Part shown: positions 1 through 9,819 of the stretch, piece after piece
Layout of the letters: each line of letters begins with the position of its first letter
Numbering within the stretch: position 1 is the first letter of the stretch
NCBI GenBank assembly: GCA_022737715.1
Contig: JAIITD010000001.1
Coordinates: forward strand, 1-44,045
Direction of reading: 5' to 3'
DNA length: 44,045 nt
From: Veillonella sp.
GTDB lineage: Bacteria > Bacillota > Negativicutes > Veillonellales > Veillonellaceae
Position numbers and translations under genes: made by a program
Notes under the pieces: generated by a model
The model's database searches: none
Told to the model about the DNA's origin: nothing
Seen by the model: the letters and a program-made list of their open reading frames with translations, nothing else

Positions 1-683
1 ATCAAGAAGTATTCTGTATCCTCAACGTGGTACATATCTTCAGCAAATTTAGGCAATTGACCTGTACCTGTCAAGGTTTCACGAGTTACCATGTATGGTG
101 TCATCATTTCTGTATAGCCTTGCTTATCAACATGAAGATCAACCATGAAGTTAATAAGAGCACGTTCTAAACGAGCACCTACGCCTTTATATACGGTAAA
201 GCGAGCACCAGACATTTTTACAGCACGGTTAAAATCAAGAATATCTAAGTCTTCGCCGATATCCCAATGTGCTTTGGGTTCAAAATCAAATTGACGTGGT
301 TCGCCCCATTTGCGTTGTTCTACATTTTCATCTTCATCAGCACCAACAGGAACAGATGCGTCACACATATTTGGCAACATCAATGCAGCATTGCGCAAAG
401 ATTCTTCTACTTCGCGAATGCGACCATCTAACTCAGAAATTTCGTCGCCAACGCGTTTCATTTCTGCAATTTTATCATCTGCATTTTCTTTATTGCGTTT
501 TAATTGGCTGATTTCTTCTGTTACAGAATTACGTAATGCCTTTAATTCTTCAACCTTTTGAATCAATTGTTTTCGTTCATCATACGCAGCAACAAAGGTG
601 TCAAGATCACCCTTTGTATGACGATTATCCAAATTTTGTTTTACTAATTCGAGATTTTCTCGGACAAATTTCAAATCTAACAT
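1..683 (-). CDS. serS: Seryl-tRNA synthetase, 5' part (runs off window start)
   Basis: Not in the ORF track. Manual translation from ATG at 683 gives MLDLKFVRENLELVKQNL..., a coiled-coil arm, then PNMCDASVPVGADEDENVE, AHWDIGEDLDILDF, SGARF, GARLERALINFM, GTGQLPKFAEDMY. These are SerRS signatures. SD-like AGAGG upstream. Confidence 0.96.
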   Translation of the reverse strand, partial: MLDLKFVRENLELVKQNLDNRHTKGDLDTFVAAYDERKQLIQKVEELKALRNSVTEEISQLKRNKENADDKIAEMKRVGDEISELDGRIREVEESLRNAALMLPNMCDASVPVGADEDENVEQRKWGEPRQFDFEPKAHWDIGEDLDILDFNRAVKMSGARFTVYKGVGARLERALINFMVDLHVDKQGYTEMMTPYMVTRETLTGTGQLPKFAEDMYHVEDTEYFL

Positions 684-734
684 AGTATCAGCCTCTTCTA
701 TTATGTCGTACAATTTAGTATTTTGATACACTTA

Positions 735-743
735 AGTATACCA
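735..743 (-). promoter_or_regulatory. Extended -10 promoter (TGGTATACT) for serS
   Basis: TGnTATACT about 50 bp upstream of the serS ATG. Confidence 0.55.
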
Positions 744-755
744 TAAAATATAGCA

Positions 756-1709
756 TTATTCATCATCTTCTTCATCGAGAAGATAATCCTTAGCCATCCA
801 TTTACGGGTCGCAGTGAAGGAAATAGTGACCCATTTTTCTGTAGGATTACCACCGATTTCTTCATCGATTTCATTTCGAATACGATCGAGTTCCGCTATT
901 GTTTGATAAGGAAACTTCTTTGGCACTAGAATATCAATCTCTATGATGCGCGAGTTACCATAAGCCTGTACACTAGTCACATAATCCTTAAATGAATATT
1001 TTTCCATAAAACGGTCCATGATTTCTTGTACCTCATCATGCAAAGATGAAGGCGCCCATCCCAAGATTTGTTTTGTAGAAGGTACAATAATCTTAATAAC
1101 AGATGGTGTCATTTGCAATGCTAGTACGATCAAAACGATAGGGTCAATATATACCGCCCAATAACTGTATGATGTATCCTCTAACAGGATAGCAGCTATA
1201 AAGCTGATGAGGATGGCTGCCTCGAGCCACGCGTCAACAGACCAACTTACATTATCAAACTTGATTAGATTCGATTGTAAGCTTTTATTAATGCGATGTA
1301 CATAAAAATAATATGCTGTATCAGCTATAGTAAAGAAAATAGCATAGTAAATAGCTATACCGAAATCAACATGGCGACCTCCGTTCAATAAATCCCCTAT
1401 CCCACTAATCAATGCATATAACACAATCAATAGGATAAAGAATCCTTCAACGACGAGCACGAGAGGCTCAAATTGCCAATATCCAAACTGGAACCGTTTA
1501 CTTGTTTCGCGCGCTACCAATTTGGCCGTCATAAGCATCATAATCTTAATGATTACATCGATGAATGAAAATATACCATCTAATAATACGGCACTAGAAC
1601 CAGTAATTACACCCATAATAGTACCACTAACGGCCACCAACGACATTAATGCAACGGATTGCTTTAGTAATCGTTGTTCTATGGAACGCCTTGCAGCTAA
1701 TATATCCAT
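756..1709 (-). CDS. Cation diffusion facilitator (CDF) family transporter
   Basis: Six hydrophobic segments, GSSAVLLDG, RFQFGYWQFEP, IDP motif and a soluble C-terminal dimerization-type domain. Confidence 0.85.
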   Translation of the reverse strand: MDILAARRSIEQRLLKQSVALMSLVAVSGTIMGVITGSSAVLLDGIFSFIDVIIKIMMLMTAKLVARETSKRFQFGYWQFEPLVLVVEGFFILLIVLYALISGIGDLLNGGRHVDFGIAIYYAIFFTIADTAYYFYVHRINKSLQSNLIKFDNVSWSVDAWLEAAILISFIAAILLEDTSYSYWAVYIDPIVLIVLALQMTPSVIKIIVPSTKQILGWAPSSLHDEVQEIMDRFMEKYSFKDYVTSVQAYGNSRIIEIDILVPKKFPYQTIAELDRIRNEIDEEIGGNPTEKWVTISFTATRKWMAKDYLLDEEDDE

Positions 1710-1776
1710 AATTACCCCCTTTTATACCTATATTATTTTATTATACTCTAATATTGAGTATTTTTAAAATCACACA

Positions 1777-1825
1777 GAAAAAGCCCTCTGCTATCAGAAT
1801 TCTATACTTCTAATAGCAGAGGGCT
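1777..1825 (-). terminator. Intrinsic terminator of speF-potE
   Basis: AGCCCTCTGCTAT / ATAGCAGAGGGCT 13-bp stem with a minus-strand U tract. Confidence 0.8.
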
Positions 1826-1876
1826 ATTCAAAGGAGATAGTATCACCAAATCTCTTATAGTAATAGTTTAATTATA

Positions 1877-3196
1877 CTATTTTCCAATATTATGTTCTAA
1901 ATCAAAGCGATCAGATACGAAACCGTATAATGTCCAACCTGCAAAGGTTACAATAGAACCGTATGTCATAGCTTCAAAACCGGACGCATACAATGCATAT
2001 AAGCTATATAAGGAACCGATAAAGGCGATAAATGTCGTACCTTTAAGTTCACTACCAGCACGTTTTGCAGCTTTCATCAATACGATAACGGCACCCATGG
2101 ATAATAGATAAGGAATAATATTCGTTACAACGGCCAAGTTAACCAATGTTTCGAATTGTTCGCTTAAGGAAGGACTGATTGTCATCAAACTCATTAGAGA
2201 TTGCAAGATAGTAATTGTTACCATACCAACTACTGGAGCATCTTTAGATGTAATTTTACTGAACAATTTAGGGAAGTAACCTTCGTCAGCGGCGCCTTTA
2301 AATACGTTCGCAATCGTGAACTGCCAACCAAGCAAGGAACCGAAGCAAGACATAACCATAAGACCCATAACGATCTTACCAACTGTACCATTGAACATGG
2401 ATGCAAATGCTAAACCAAATGGTGCATTACTATTAACAAGTTCGCTAGCTGGTACGATACCAAACATCATGTTAGTGGAAACAATATAAATCGCAGCAGC
2501 GCCTAATGTACCACCAAGAACGGCTTTTGGTACATTCTTTTCTGGATTATCTACAGCATCAGCGTTGGCACATGCGGATTCTAGACCAAGGAAAGCCCAC
2601 AATGTCATAGCGATGGAGTTTGTAGCAGCTTCACCAAATGGCATGTTGTTTACATTCCAGTTTGCCACATACATATCTGCGGAGAAATATGCCCAACCTA
2701 CAGTACTAATTACAAGTACTGGTGCAATAACGCCCCATACAGTAAAGCTAGATACACGACCTGTAATACTAGCACCACCAAAGTTCAATACTGTTGCAAG
2801 CCATAATGTGAAAATTGTATAAATACCAGTCATTAATGGTGTTAATGTTGCATCAGCAAATGTCGCTGCATAACCTACAGCAGAAATAGCGATCGCAATA
2901 TTCGCAATCAAAAGAGATACACCATAGGTATAGTTTGCCATAAAGTTCCCCGCTTTACCGAAGGAATATTCAGCATAACCACCCATGCCGCCACCCTTGC
3001 GTCCATACATACCACATTTAGCAAATGCGTATGCCAAACACATGGAGCCAACAGCTGTGATCAACCAAGATACGATTGAAAGAGCACCTACCTGTGCCAA
3101 CTTTGTTGGCAACATGATAATACCGGAGCCCATCATATTTACAGCTGTTAAAATTGTCAGCTGCAATACGGACATTTTATTTTTGCCTGTACTCAT
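1877..3196 (-). CDS. potE: Putrescine-ornithine antiporter (APC family)
   Basis: NMMGSGIIMLP and LWAFLGLESACAN motifs, about 12 TM helices, directly downstream of ornithine decarboxylase. Confidence 0.92.
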   Translation of the reverse strand: MSTGKNKMSVLQLTILTAVNMMGSGIIMLPTKLAQVGALSIVSWLITAVGSMCLAYAFAKCGMYGRKGGGMGGYAEYSFGKAGNFMANYTYGVSLLIANIAIAISAVGYAATFADATLTPLMTGIYTIFTLWLATVLNFGGASITGRVSSFTVWGVIAPVLVISTVGWAYFSADMYVANWNVNNMPFGEAATNSIAMTLWAFLGLESACANADAVDNPEKNVPKAVLGGTLGAAAIYIVSTNMMFGIVPASELVNSNAPFGLAFASMFNGTVGKIVMGLMVMSCFGSLLGWQFTIANVFKGAADEGYFPKLFSKITSKDAPVVGMVTITILQSLMSLMTISPSLSEQFETLVNLAVVTNIIPYLLSMGAVIVLMKAAKRAGSELKGTTFIAFIGSLYSLYALYASGFEAMTYGSIVTFAGWTLYGFVSDRFDLEHNIGK

Positions 3197-3259
3197 AGTT
3201 TTACCACCTTTTTATTGATTGTGGCGCCGTCAGAGAAACTCTGACGGCACACAATAGTG

Positions 3260-5434
3260 TTATTTTTCAAATTCTTTTTTCAATACATAGCCATAAGCTT
3301 TTTTAGTTCCATCTGGTTGTGGTGTAATGTATACGCCTTGGATTTCAGGAGCAAAGCCAGGTAACTTGTTGATGCCTTCTTGCAATGCTAAGAAGTAATC
3401 ACAAGCTGTTTTGGACCAGCGTTCGCCAGGTTGTACACACAATACTCCAGGAGGATATGGAAGAGCGCCTTCAAGAGCAATGCGACCTTCAGCTTCATCC
3501 AATGGTACGAGTTCACCTTTACCACGTTGGAATTCAAAGTTCGCTTCTTGAGGATTCATTACATATTCTGGAAGGTAGTCATGTAAGAATAAGCGTTCTT
3601 GCAATGTACTAACTTGTCTATCCTTGTAGAAATCATGCATTTCTTGGCATAATTGACGGATATGATAGCCTTTATATTTGTCGATATTAGCATAGTAAAT
3701 CGATGGTAAGACATCTTGCATAGGTGCATCAGCTTCAATTAATTCTTCAAAGCGAATCAATTGTGCCACTAAATCGTCCATCTTAGTTTTGGATTCTGCT
3801 GGTGTCATCAAGAATAAAATAGTATTCAAGTCACATTTTTCAGGAATAATACCATTTTCACGTAAGTAGTTTGCAAGAATATTGGCATGAATACCGAAGT
3901 CTTCGTATTCACCAGTTTCTACATTGATACCAGGTGTAATCAATTGGAACTTGCAAGGATCGATAAAGTATTGGCCTTTACCATAACCTTTGAAGGAGTG
4001 CCATTTAGCATTTGGTTCAAATGCGAAGTAGTCCACATCTTGAGCCATTTCTTTAGTATCCCCATCTTCCCATTTCTTACCATGTACAACAGGAGGTACT
4101 AATGGACGAAGGTATTTACAATGTTTCAATACAGATTTACGAGCATCGATAACTGTTTCTACGCAGTCAATCCAAAGTTTTTTACCAGCTTCGCCTTCAT
4201 GCATCTTAGCATTTACGTCAAGTGCTGCAAATAATGGATAGAATGGAGATGTAGACGCATGCATCATAAATGCATTGTTAAGACGTTTATGGTTTACATA
4301 ACGATCTTGACCTTTAACATGTTTATCTTTTTTGTGGATTTGAGATGTTTGAGAGAAACCAGCTTGTTGTTTATGAACAGATTGAGTTACCAATACACCT
4401 GGGTCATTAGGGCCTAATTCCAAGAGCAATGGACTGCAGTCTTTCATCATAGGGATAAATTGTTCGTAACCAACCCATGCGGAGTCGAAGAAGATGTAAT
4501 CACATAGGTGACCAATCTTATCAACAACTTGACGCGCATTATAGATAGTACCATCGTATGTACCTAATTGGATAACTGCTAAGCGGATAGGACGTTCTGC
4601 TTTTGCTTTTTCAGGATCTTTTTCAGCAATCAATTCACGAATGTATTTTTCGTCGAAGCAGTGTTCCAAAATACCGCCGATAGAACCGAATGGATTACGT
4701 GCTGTTTCAAGGTATACAGGAGTTGCACCAGCCATTACAAGAGCACCATGGCAAATGGATTTATGGTTGTTACGATCATATAGAATGATATCGCCAGGTG
4801 TTAATAGAGCATTCAATACAACCTTATTAGATGAAGATGTACCATTTAATACGAAATATGTTTTATCTGCATTATATACTTGCGCCGCATGTTGTTGAGC
4901 CGCACATGCTGGACCTTCATGGATTAAAAGGTCGCCTAACGCAACGTCCGCATTACAAAGGTCAGAGCGGAATACGTTTTCACCGTAGAAATCATAGAAT
5001 GCACGACCAGCTGGATGTTTACAATAGAATTGACCACCTTGGTGACCTGGACAGTCAAATTGAGAGTTACCTTCTTCTACATAATCAGCCAACGCTCTAA
5101 AGAATGGAGGCAACATAGATTCTTCATATTTGTCAGCAGCAGCTTCGATTTGACGTTTATATAAGTCGAAGTTTGTACTAGAACCATCAATTACACGTTC
5201 CACTTTCCCCATGAATTGATCAATATCAACAGAATTATCAAAAACAACTAAGAATACAGGGATGCCAAAAGATTTTACAGTTTCATTATCTAAGATAGCT
5301 GTATCACTTTCACTAATAACGATTGCTCCTATATCAGTAAAATCGGTTTGACTTAAATCTACACTTTCATGGCCGTCTAAAGGTCCAAAGTAATATTGTG
5401 CCTTATGAGAAAATGCAACCTTCATGTGTTTCAT
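3260..5434 (-). CDS. speF: Inducible-type ornithine decarboxylase (fold-type I PLP enzyme)
   Basis: 724 aa; FDCPGHQGG, DRNNHKS, FDSAWVG and PLP-lysine motif QSVHKQQAG; paired with potE; strong SD AGGAGG. Confidence 0.92.
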   Translation of the reverse strand: MKHMKVAFSHKAQYYFGPLDGHESVDLSQTDFTDIGAIVISESDTAILDNETVKSFGIPVFLVVFDNSVDIDQFMGKVERVIDGSSTNFDLYKRQIEAAADKYEESMLPPFFRALADYVEEGNSQFDCPGHQGGQFYCKHPAGRAFYDFYGENVFRSDLCNADVALGDLLIHEGPACAAQQHAAQVYNADKTYFVLNGTSSSNKVVLNALLTPGDIILYDRNNHKSICHGALVMAGATPVYLETARNPFGSIGGILEHCFDEKYIRELIAEKDPEKAKAERPIRLAVIQLGTYDGTIYNARQVVDKIGHLCDYIFFDSAWVGYEQFIPMMKDCSPLLLELGPNDPGVLVTQSVHKQQAGFSQTSQIHKKDKHVKGQDRYVNHKRLNNAFMMHASTSPFYPLFAALDVNAKMHEGEAGKKLWIDCVETVIDARKSVLKHCKYLRPLVPPVVHGKKWEDGDTKEMAQDVDYFAFEPNAKWHSFKGYGKGQYFIDPCKFQLITPGINVETGEYEDFGIHANILANYLRENGIIPEKCDLNTILFLMTPAESKTKMDDLVAQLIRFEELIEADAPMQDVLPSIYYANIDKYKGYHIRQLCQEMHDFYKDRQVSTLQERLFLHDYLPEYVMNPQEANFEFQRGKGELVPLDEAEGRIALEGALPYPPGVLCVQPGERWSKTACDYFLALQEGINKLPGFAPEIQGVYITPQPDGTKKAYGYVLKKEFEK

Positions 5435-5770
5435 AATACGTTCCTCCTAAAGTAAGAGTTGTAATTAAAATTAATGGAACTTATGTACATAAATATAAGA
5501 TGTATACCCCTTTAGTAATTGATAGCTATCTCATTTAGTTAGGTGTATTCTTTATCTTTATGTATATTCTAACATTTATGCAATTTAATTTATAGCGTTT
5601 AATTATACGCATTATACATACAGTTATCGTAACTATGAGTTTTATGCAAGATGAATATTACGTTAAATTATAGAATATAGTTGTATAATCTTTTTCATAT
5701 GTTGATAACCATTATTAATACGTAAGATAGTCTGTAAACTGCAGTCATGTATATCTACTTATTTACACAC

Positions 5771-5822
5771 AAAAAAGGCTGTAACGAGAACATGGTTTCA
5801 CCACATTGTGTTACAGCCTTTT
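5771..5822 (-). terminator. Intrinsic terminator of greA-lysS
   Basis: AAAGGCTGTAAC / GTTACAGCCTTT stem with a U6 tract on the minus strand. Confidence 0.8.
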
Positions 5823-5831
5823 ATTTAACTT

Positions 5832-7343
5832 TTATTCAGTTACCTCTTCTTGTGCTTGAGATGTTTCAGGTTTCATTAATGGGAACAACAATACATCGCG
5901 AATGGATGCAGAGTCTGTCAAGAACATAACAAGACGGTCGATACCAACGCCCAAACCTGCTGTTGGAGGCAAACCGTATTCAAGAGCATTGACGAAGTCT
6001 TCATCCATACGATGCGCTTCATCATCACCAGCTTCACGTTCTTTCAATTGATCCAAAAAACGTAATTTTTGGTCAATTGGGTCATTTAACTCGGAGAAGC
6101 CATTTGCCAATTCACGGCCATAGATGAATGCTTCAAAACGTTCTGTAGCCAATGGATTTTCTCGACTTGCTTTGGCAAGTGGAGAAATTTCTTTTGGGTG
6201 GCCATATACGATAGTTGGTTGAATCAAGTTTTCTTCTACATAATCTTCGAAGCAAGCATTCAAGATTTTACCAATACCATCATTTTCTGTGTATTCTACA
6301 TTCAAACGATCAGCAATAGCACGCGCTTCTTCTACAGTAGTTACTGCATCAAAGTCTTCGCCAGTGTATTTTTTAACACCTTCAGCCATTGTGATACGAT
6401 TCCAAGGTGGAGTTAAGTTGATTTCAGTACCTTGGTATGTAATTTCTTGTGTACCTAGTACTTCTTGAGCACAATAGGATACAAGATTTTCTGTTAAACG
6501 AATTGCATCTTCTACATCGCCATATGCTTGGTAAGATTCGATAGTTGTGAATTCTGGATTATGACGATTATCGATACCTTCATTACGGAAACAACGGTTC
6601 ATTTCGAATACGCGTTCCATACCGCCAACGATTAAGCGTTTTAGATATAATTCAGGAGCAATACGCATGTAGATATCGATATCAAGCGCATTGTGATGAG
6701 TAATGAATGGACGAGCAGCTGCGCCGCCTGGAATTGGATGCATCATAGGTGTTTCCACTTCCATAAAACCATCGTTCATCATGTATTCGCGAATCTTCGC
6801 AACGATTTTAGAACGTTTAATAAATGTATCGCGTACTTCTGGGTTTACGATTAAATCTACATAACGTTGACGGTAGCGAAGTTCAGTATCCTTCAAACCA
6901 TGCCATTTTTCAGGTAATGGACGCAATGCTTTGGACAACAATGTCAATTTGTCGACTTTAATCGTAACTTCACCACTGTGAGTCCTAAATACATGGCCTT
7001 CGATACCTACAATATCACCAATATCAAGCATTTTTACATATTTGTAATTATCTTCACCCAATACATCCTTACGGAAATATACTTGGATATCACCAGATAA
7101 ATCGCGAATATTAGCAAATGCAGTTTTACCATGGGAACGCATCGTCATCAAGCGACCTGCGATGACTACAGGTTGGTCTTCGTAGTTCAAGAAGTCATTT
7201 TTAATATCTTTTGCATGATCTTTAACAACAAATCGTTGGCCAAATGGATAGATACCATCAGCTTCGTATTCAGCCAATTTGTCGCGGCGAATTTGCATTT
7301 GATCATTTAATTCTTCTTGTAAGTTTTTAATTTCTTCACTCAT
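5832..7343 (-). CDS. lysS: Lysyl-tRNA synthetase (class II)
   Basis: [55 protein letters not shown]. Confidence 0.98.
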   Translation of the reverse strand: MSEEIKNLQEELNDQMQIRRDKLAEYEADGIYPFGQRFVVKDHAKDIKNDFLNYEDQPVVIAGRLMTMRSHGKTAFANIRDLSGDIQVYFRKDVLGEDNYKYVKMLDIGDIVGIEGHVFRTHSGEVTIKVDKLTLLSKALRPLPEKWHGLKDTELRYRQRYVDLIVNPEVRDTFIKRSKIVAKIREYMMNDGFMEVETPMMHPIPGGAAARPFITHHNALDIDIYMRIAPELYLKRLIVGGMERVFEMNRCFRNEGIDNRHNPEFTTIESYQAYGDVEDAIRLTENLVSYCAQEVLGTQEITYQGTEINLTPPWNRITMAEGVKKYTGEDFDAVTTVEEARAIADRLNVEYTENDGIGKILNACFEDYVEENLIQPTIVYGHPKEISPLAKASRENPLATERFEAFIYGRELANGFSELNDPIDQKLRFLDQLKEREAGDDEAHRMDEDFVNALEYGLPPTAGLGVGIDRLVMFLTDSASIRDVLLFPLMKPETSQAQEEVTE

Positions 7344-7372
7344 GTTATCGCCTCTTTTGTTAAAATGAAAAA

Positions 7373-7846
7373 TTATTGAATTGCTAACACTTTGAAAGTA
7401 ACAGGACCATCCGGTGTGGATACCTCTACTTCATCGCCCTTACGTTTACCCAAAATAGCTTTACCTACAGGTGATTCGTTGGAAATACGATTGTTGAAAG
7501 GATCTGCTTCGGAAGAACCAACAATAACATATTCCAATTCATCATTGTACATTGTATCTAATACGGTAACCTTGCTACCTACGGATACTACATCACCCTT
7601 AATGGATTCATCAATGATTTTTGCTGTATTAATTTTATTTTCTAACTCAGAAATATAACCTTCAATGAAAGCCTGTTCATTTTTAGCATCATCATATTCA
7701 GAGTTTTCGCTGATATCGCCGTATTCAATAGCTGTTTTAATACGTTGTGACACCTCAATACGGCGCACAGATTTATAATATGCTAATTCATCCTCAAGTT
7801 TTTTCAAGCCTTCGGCTGTAAGTAATGTTTCTTTTACGTCTGCCAT
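7373..7846 (-). CDS. greA: Transcription elongation factor GreA
   Basis: [13 protein letters not shown] and [13 protein letters not shown] motifs. Confidence 0.97.
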   Translation of the reverse strand: MADVKETLLTAEGLKKLEDELAYYKSVRRIEVSQRIKTAIEYGDISENSEYDDAKNEQAFIEGYISELENKINTAKIIDESIKGDVVSVGSKVTVLDTMYNDELEYVIVGSSEADPFNNRISNESPVGKAILGKRKGDEVEVSTPDGPVTFKVLAIQ

Positions 7847-7880
7847 GGAATCTCCTAATCTTTCTACATATAAATAATAG

Positions 7881-7908
7881 AAAAAGTGTCATAGTACGAT
7901 GACACCTT
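7881..7908 (-). terminator. Terminator-like hairpin in the greA leader
   Basis: Minus strand AAGGTGTCAT-cgtact-ATGACACTTTTT. Confidence 0.7.
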
Positions 7909-7933
7909 ATCTTTCATCTTTAATTTTTAATCA

Positions 7934-7962
7934 ATTATACTAAGAACCCCTGTATTTGTCAA
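7934..7962 (-). promoter_or_regulatory. Consensus sigma70/SigA promoter for greA-lysS
   Basis: Perfect TTGACA (7962-7957), 17-bp spacer, TATAAT (7939-7934). The -35 overlaps the dus stop codon. Confidence 0.85.
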
Positions 7963-8951
7963 TGTGAGCCCCAGTTTTCCAATACATCTCTATAGGTTGA
8001 AAGCTCTGTTTTAAAGCTTTCAACAGTGTGAATTGTATTCACACGATTGCGCCAATAAGCTGCTTCAGGCATTCCCCTCATATACCATCCCGCATGTGTT
8101 CGGATTTCTCTTACCCCTAGAGCCGCCCCTTTATACCGACAGAGTAGTTCAAAATGTTTGAGCAACATATCTAGTCGCTCTAAATAGGTAGGTTCTGGTC
8201 TTAATTCACCGGTCCTTAAATAGTGATTAGTGCGCTCAAAAATCCATGGATTGCCTTGTGCACCACGACCAATCATAACCGCATCACAACCTGTTTCTTG
8301 CATCATACGAAGTGCATCTTCAGGAGTCCATACATCACCATTCCCTATTACGGGGATTGATAAGGAATCTTTAACCGCTTTTATATAGGACCAATCCGCT
8401 CGCCCCATATACATCTGTTCCCGTGTGCGCCCATGAACAGCAACAGCTGCAACACCAGTACTTTCGATACGTTTGGCAAAGTCGACCACATTGATATGAT
8501 CATCGTCCCAACCGATACGCATTTTGACCGTCACCGGCACATCAACAGCTTTTACTGCGGCTTCTGCTACGCGAGCCGCCAAGTCAGGTGTTTTCATCAA
8601 CGCCGAACCGTCACCGCTAGAGACGACCTTTTTAACAGGGCACCCCATGTTGATATCTACAATATCTGCACCAGCATCTGCTACCACCTTCGCGCCCAAT
8701 GCTATTGCTTCTGGATTAGAACCAAAAATTTGTATCGATACAGGATGCTCGACCGCTTCCATACGCAATAACTCATGCGTGCGCTCATTTTTATATTTGA
8801 TACCCATAGCACTGACCATTTCGGTACAAACCATAGAGGCACCATGTTCTTTGGCCAACAGTCGATATGCTATATCGCTAACCCCTGCCATAGGAGCTAA
8901 AATAGCCTTACCTTGGATAGGTACATTACCAATGGTCCATGTTTCTTTCAT
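7959..8951 (-). CDS. dusB: tRNA-dihydrouridine synthase B
   Basis: LAPMAG, DINMGCP, VTVKMRIG, VHGRT, NGDV, MIGRG..GNPW. Confidence 0.95.
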   Translation of the reverse strand: MKETWTIGNVPIQGKAILAPMAGVSDIAYRLLAKEHGASMVCTEMVSAMGIKYKNERTHELLRMEAVEHPVSIQIFGSNPEAIALGAKVVADAGADIVDINMGCPVKKVVSSGDGSALMKTPDLAARVAEAAVKAVDVPVTVKMRIGWDDDHINVVDFAKRIESTGVAAVAVHGRTREQMYMGRADWSYIKAVKDSLSIPVIGNGDVWTPEDALRMMQETGCDAVMIGRGAQGNPWIFERTNHYLRTGELRPEPTYLERLDMLLKHFELLCRYKGAALGVREIRTHAGWYMRGMPEAAYWRNRVNTIHTVESFKTELSTYRDVLENWGSH

Positions 8952-8966
8952 TATAATTCACCTAAT

Positions 8967-8996
8967 AAAACAGGTACAGCCTAAGCCGTACCTGTT
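8967..8996 (-). terminator. Terminator-like hairpin between coaX and dusB
   Basis: Minus-strand 12-bp stem AACAGGUACGGC-uuag-GCUGUACCUGUU (one G-U pair) running into UUUU. Confidence 0.65.
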
Positions 8997-9042
8997 GTTA
9001 TACATTCATACTATAATTACAACCAACTCTATTATAGTACCA

Positions 9043-9810
9043 TTATTTATTTCGTTCGTAAATGAGACGGAGACCTTCCAATGTAAGCATTGGCTCTACA
9101 TGGTCGATACAATCGGTAGCACTGCTGATGAGCTGTGCCAAACCACCTGTTGCCACCACAGTTACATCGCCACCCATTTCAGCTTTCATACGTGTCACTA
9201 GGCCCTCTACCTGTCCTACATAACCATAGAACATACCGGATTGCATAGATGATACCGTATTACGATTAATAACCTGACCTGGGTCCTTTACCTCAATACG
9301 AGGCAATTTTGCAGCGCGTTGGAACAGAGCCTCTGCTGAAATCGTTACGCCTGGCGTAATAACGCCACCAATATAATCACCATTTCCAAGGACTGCACAA
9401 TAAGTTGTAGCGGTGCCAAAATCAATGATAATCAATGGCCCCTTATATACAGCATTGGCCGCTACGGCATTGACGATGCGGTCAGCACCTACCTCACGAG
9501 GATTATCATATTTAATAGCGATACCCGTTTTTGTGCCAGGACCTACAATGATAGGATTTACATTAAAGTAACGCAAGCATACACGTTCTAATGTTGGCAT
9601 CAATGGCGGTACTACAGAGGAAATAATGATAGCCTTGATATCCTTTGCGTTAACCTTGCGATCATGAAAAAACAAATTCATCATCAACATGCCATATTCG
9701 TCCGTGGTACGCACACGATCTGTAGAAATTCTCCAGTGTCCTACTAAATTTTTCTTATCGTAAACACCGAGAACAATATTCGTGTTTCCCACATCAATTA
9801 CTAATAACAT
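9043..9810 (-). CDS. coaX: Type III pantothenate kinase
   Basis: IDVGNTN, SSVVP, EVGADR, DFGTATT, ATGG motifs. Confidence 0.96.
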   Translation of the reverse strand: MLLVIDVGNTNIVLGVYDKKNLVGHWRISTDRVRTTDEYGMLMMNLFFHDRKVNAKDIKAIIISSVVPPLMPTLERVCLRYFNVNPIIVGPGTKTGIAIKYDNPREVGADRIVNAVAANAVYKGPLIIIDFGTATTYCAVLGNGDYIGGVITPGVTISAEALFQRAAKLPRIEVKDPGQVINRNTVSSMQSGMFYGYVGQVEGLVTRMKAEMGGDVTVVATGGLAQLISSATDCIDHVEPMLTLEGLRLIYERNK

Positions 9811-9819
9811 GCATTCCTC

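Noticed and set aside
5747..5929. 60-aa plus-strand ORF near the speF upstream region
   Set aside because: It runs through the lysS terminator and antisense into lysS, with no SD.
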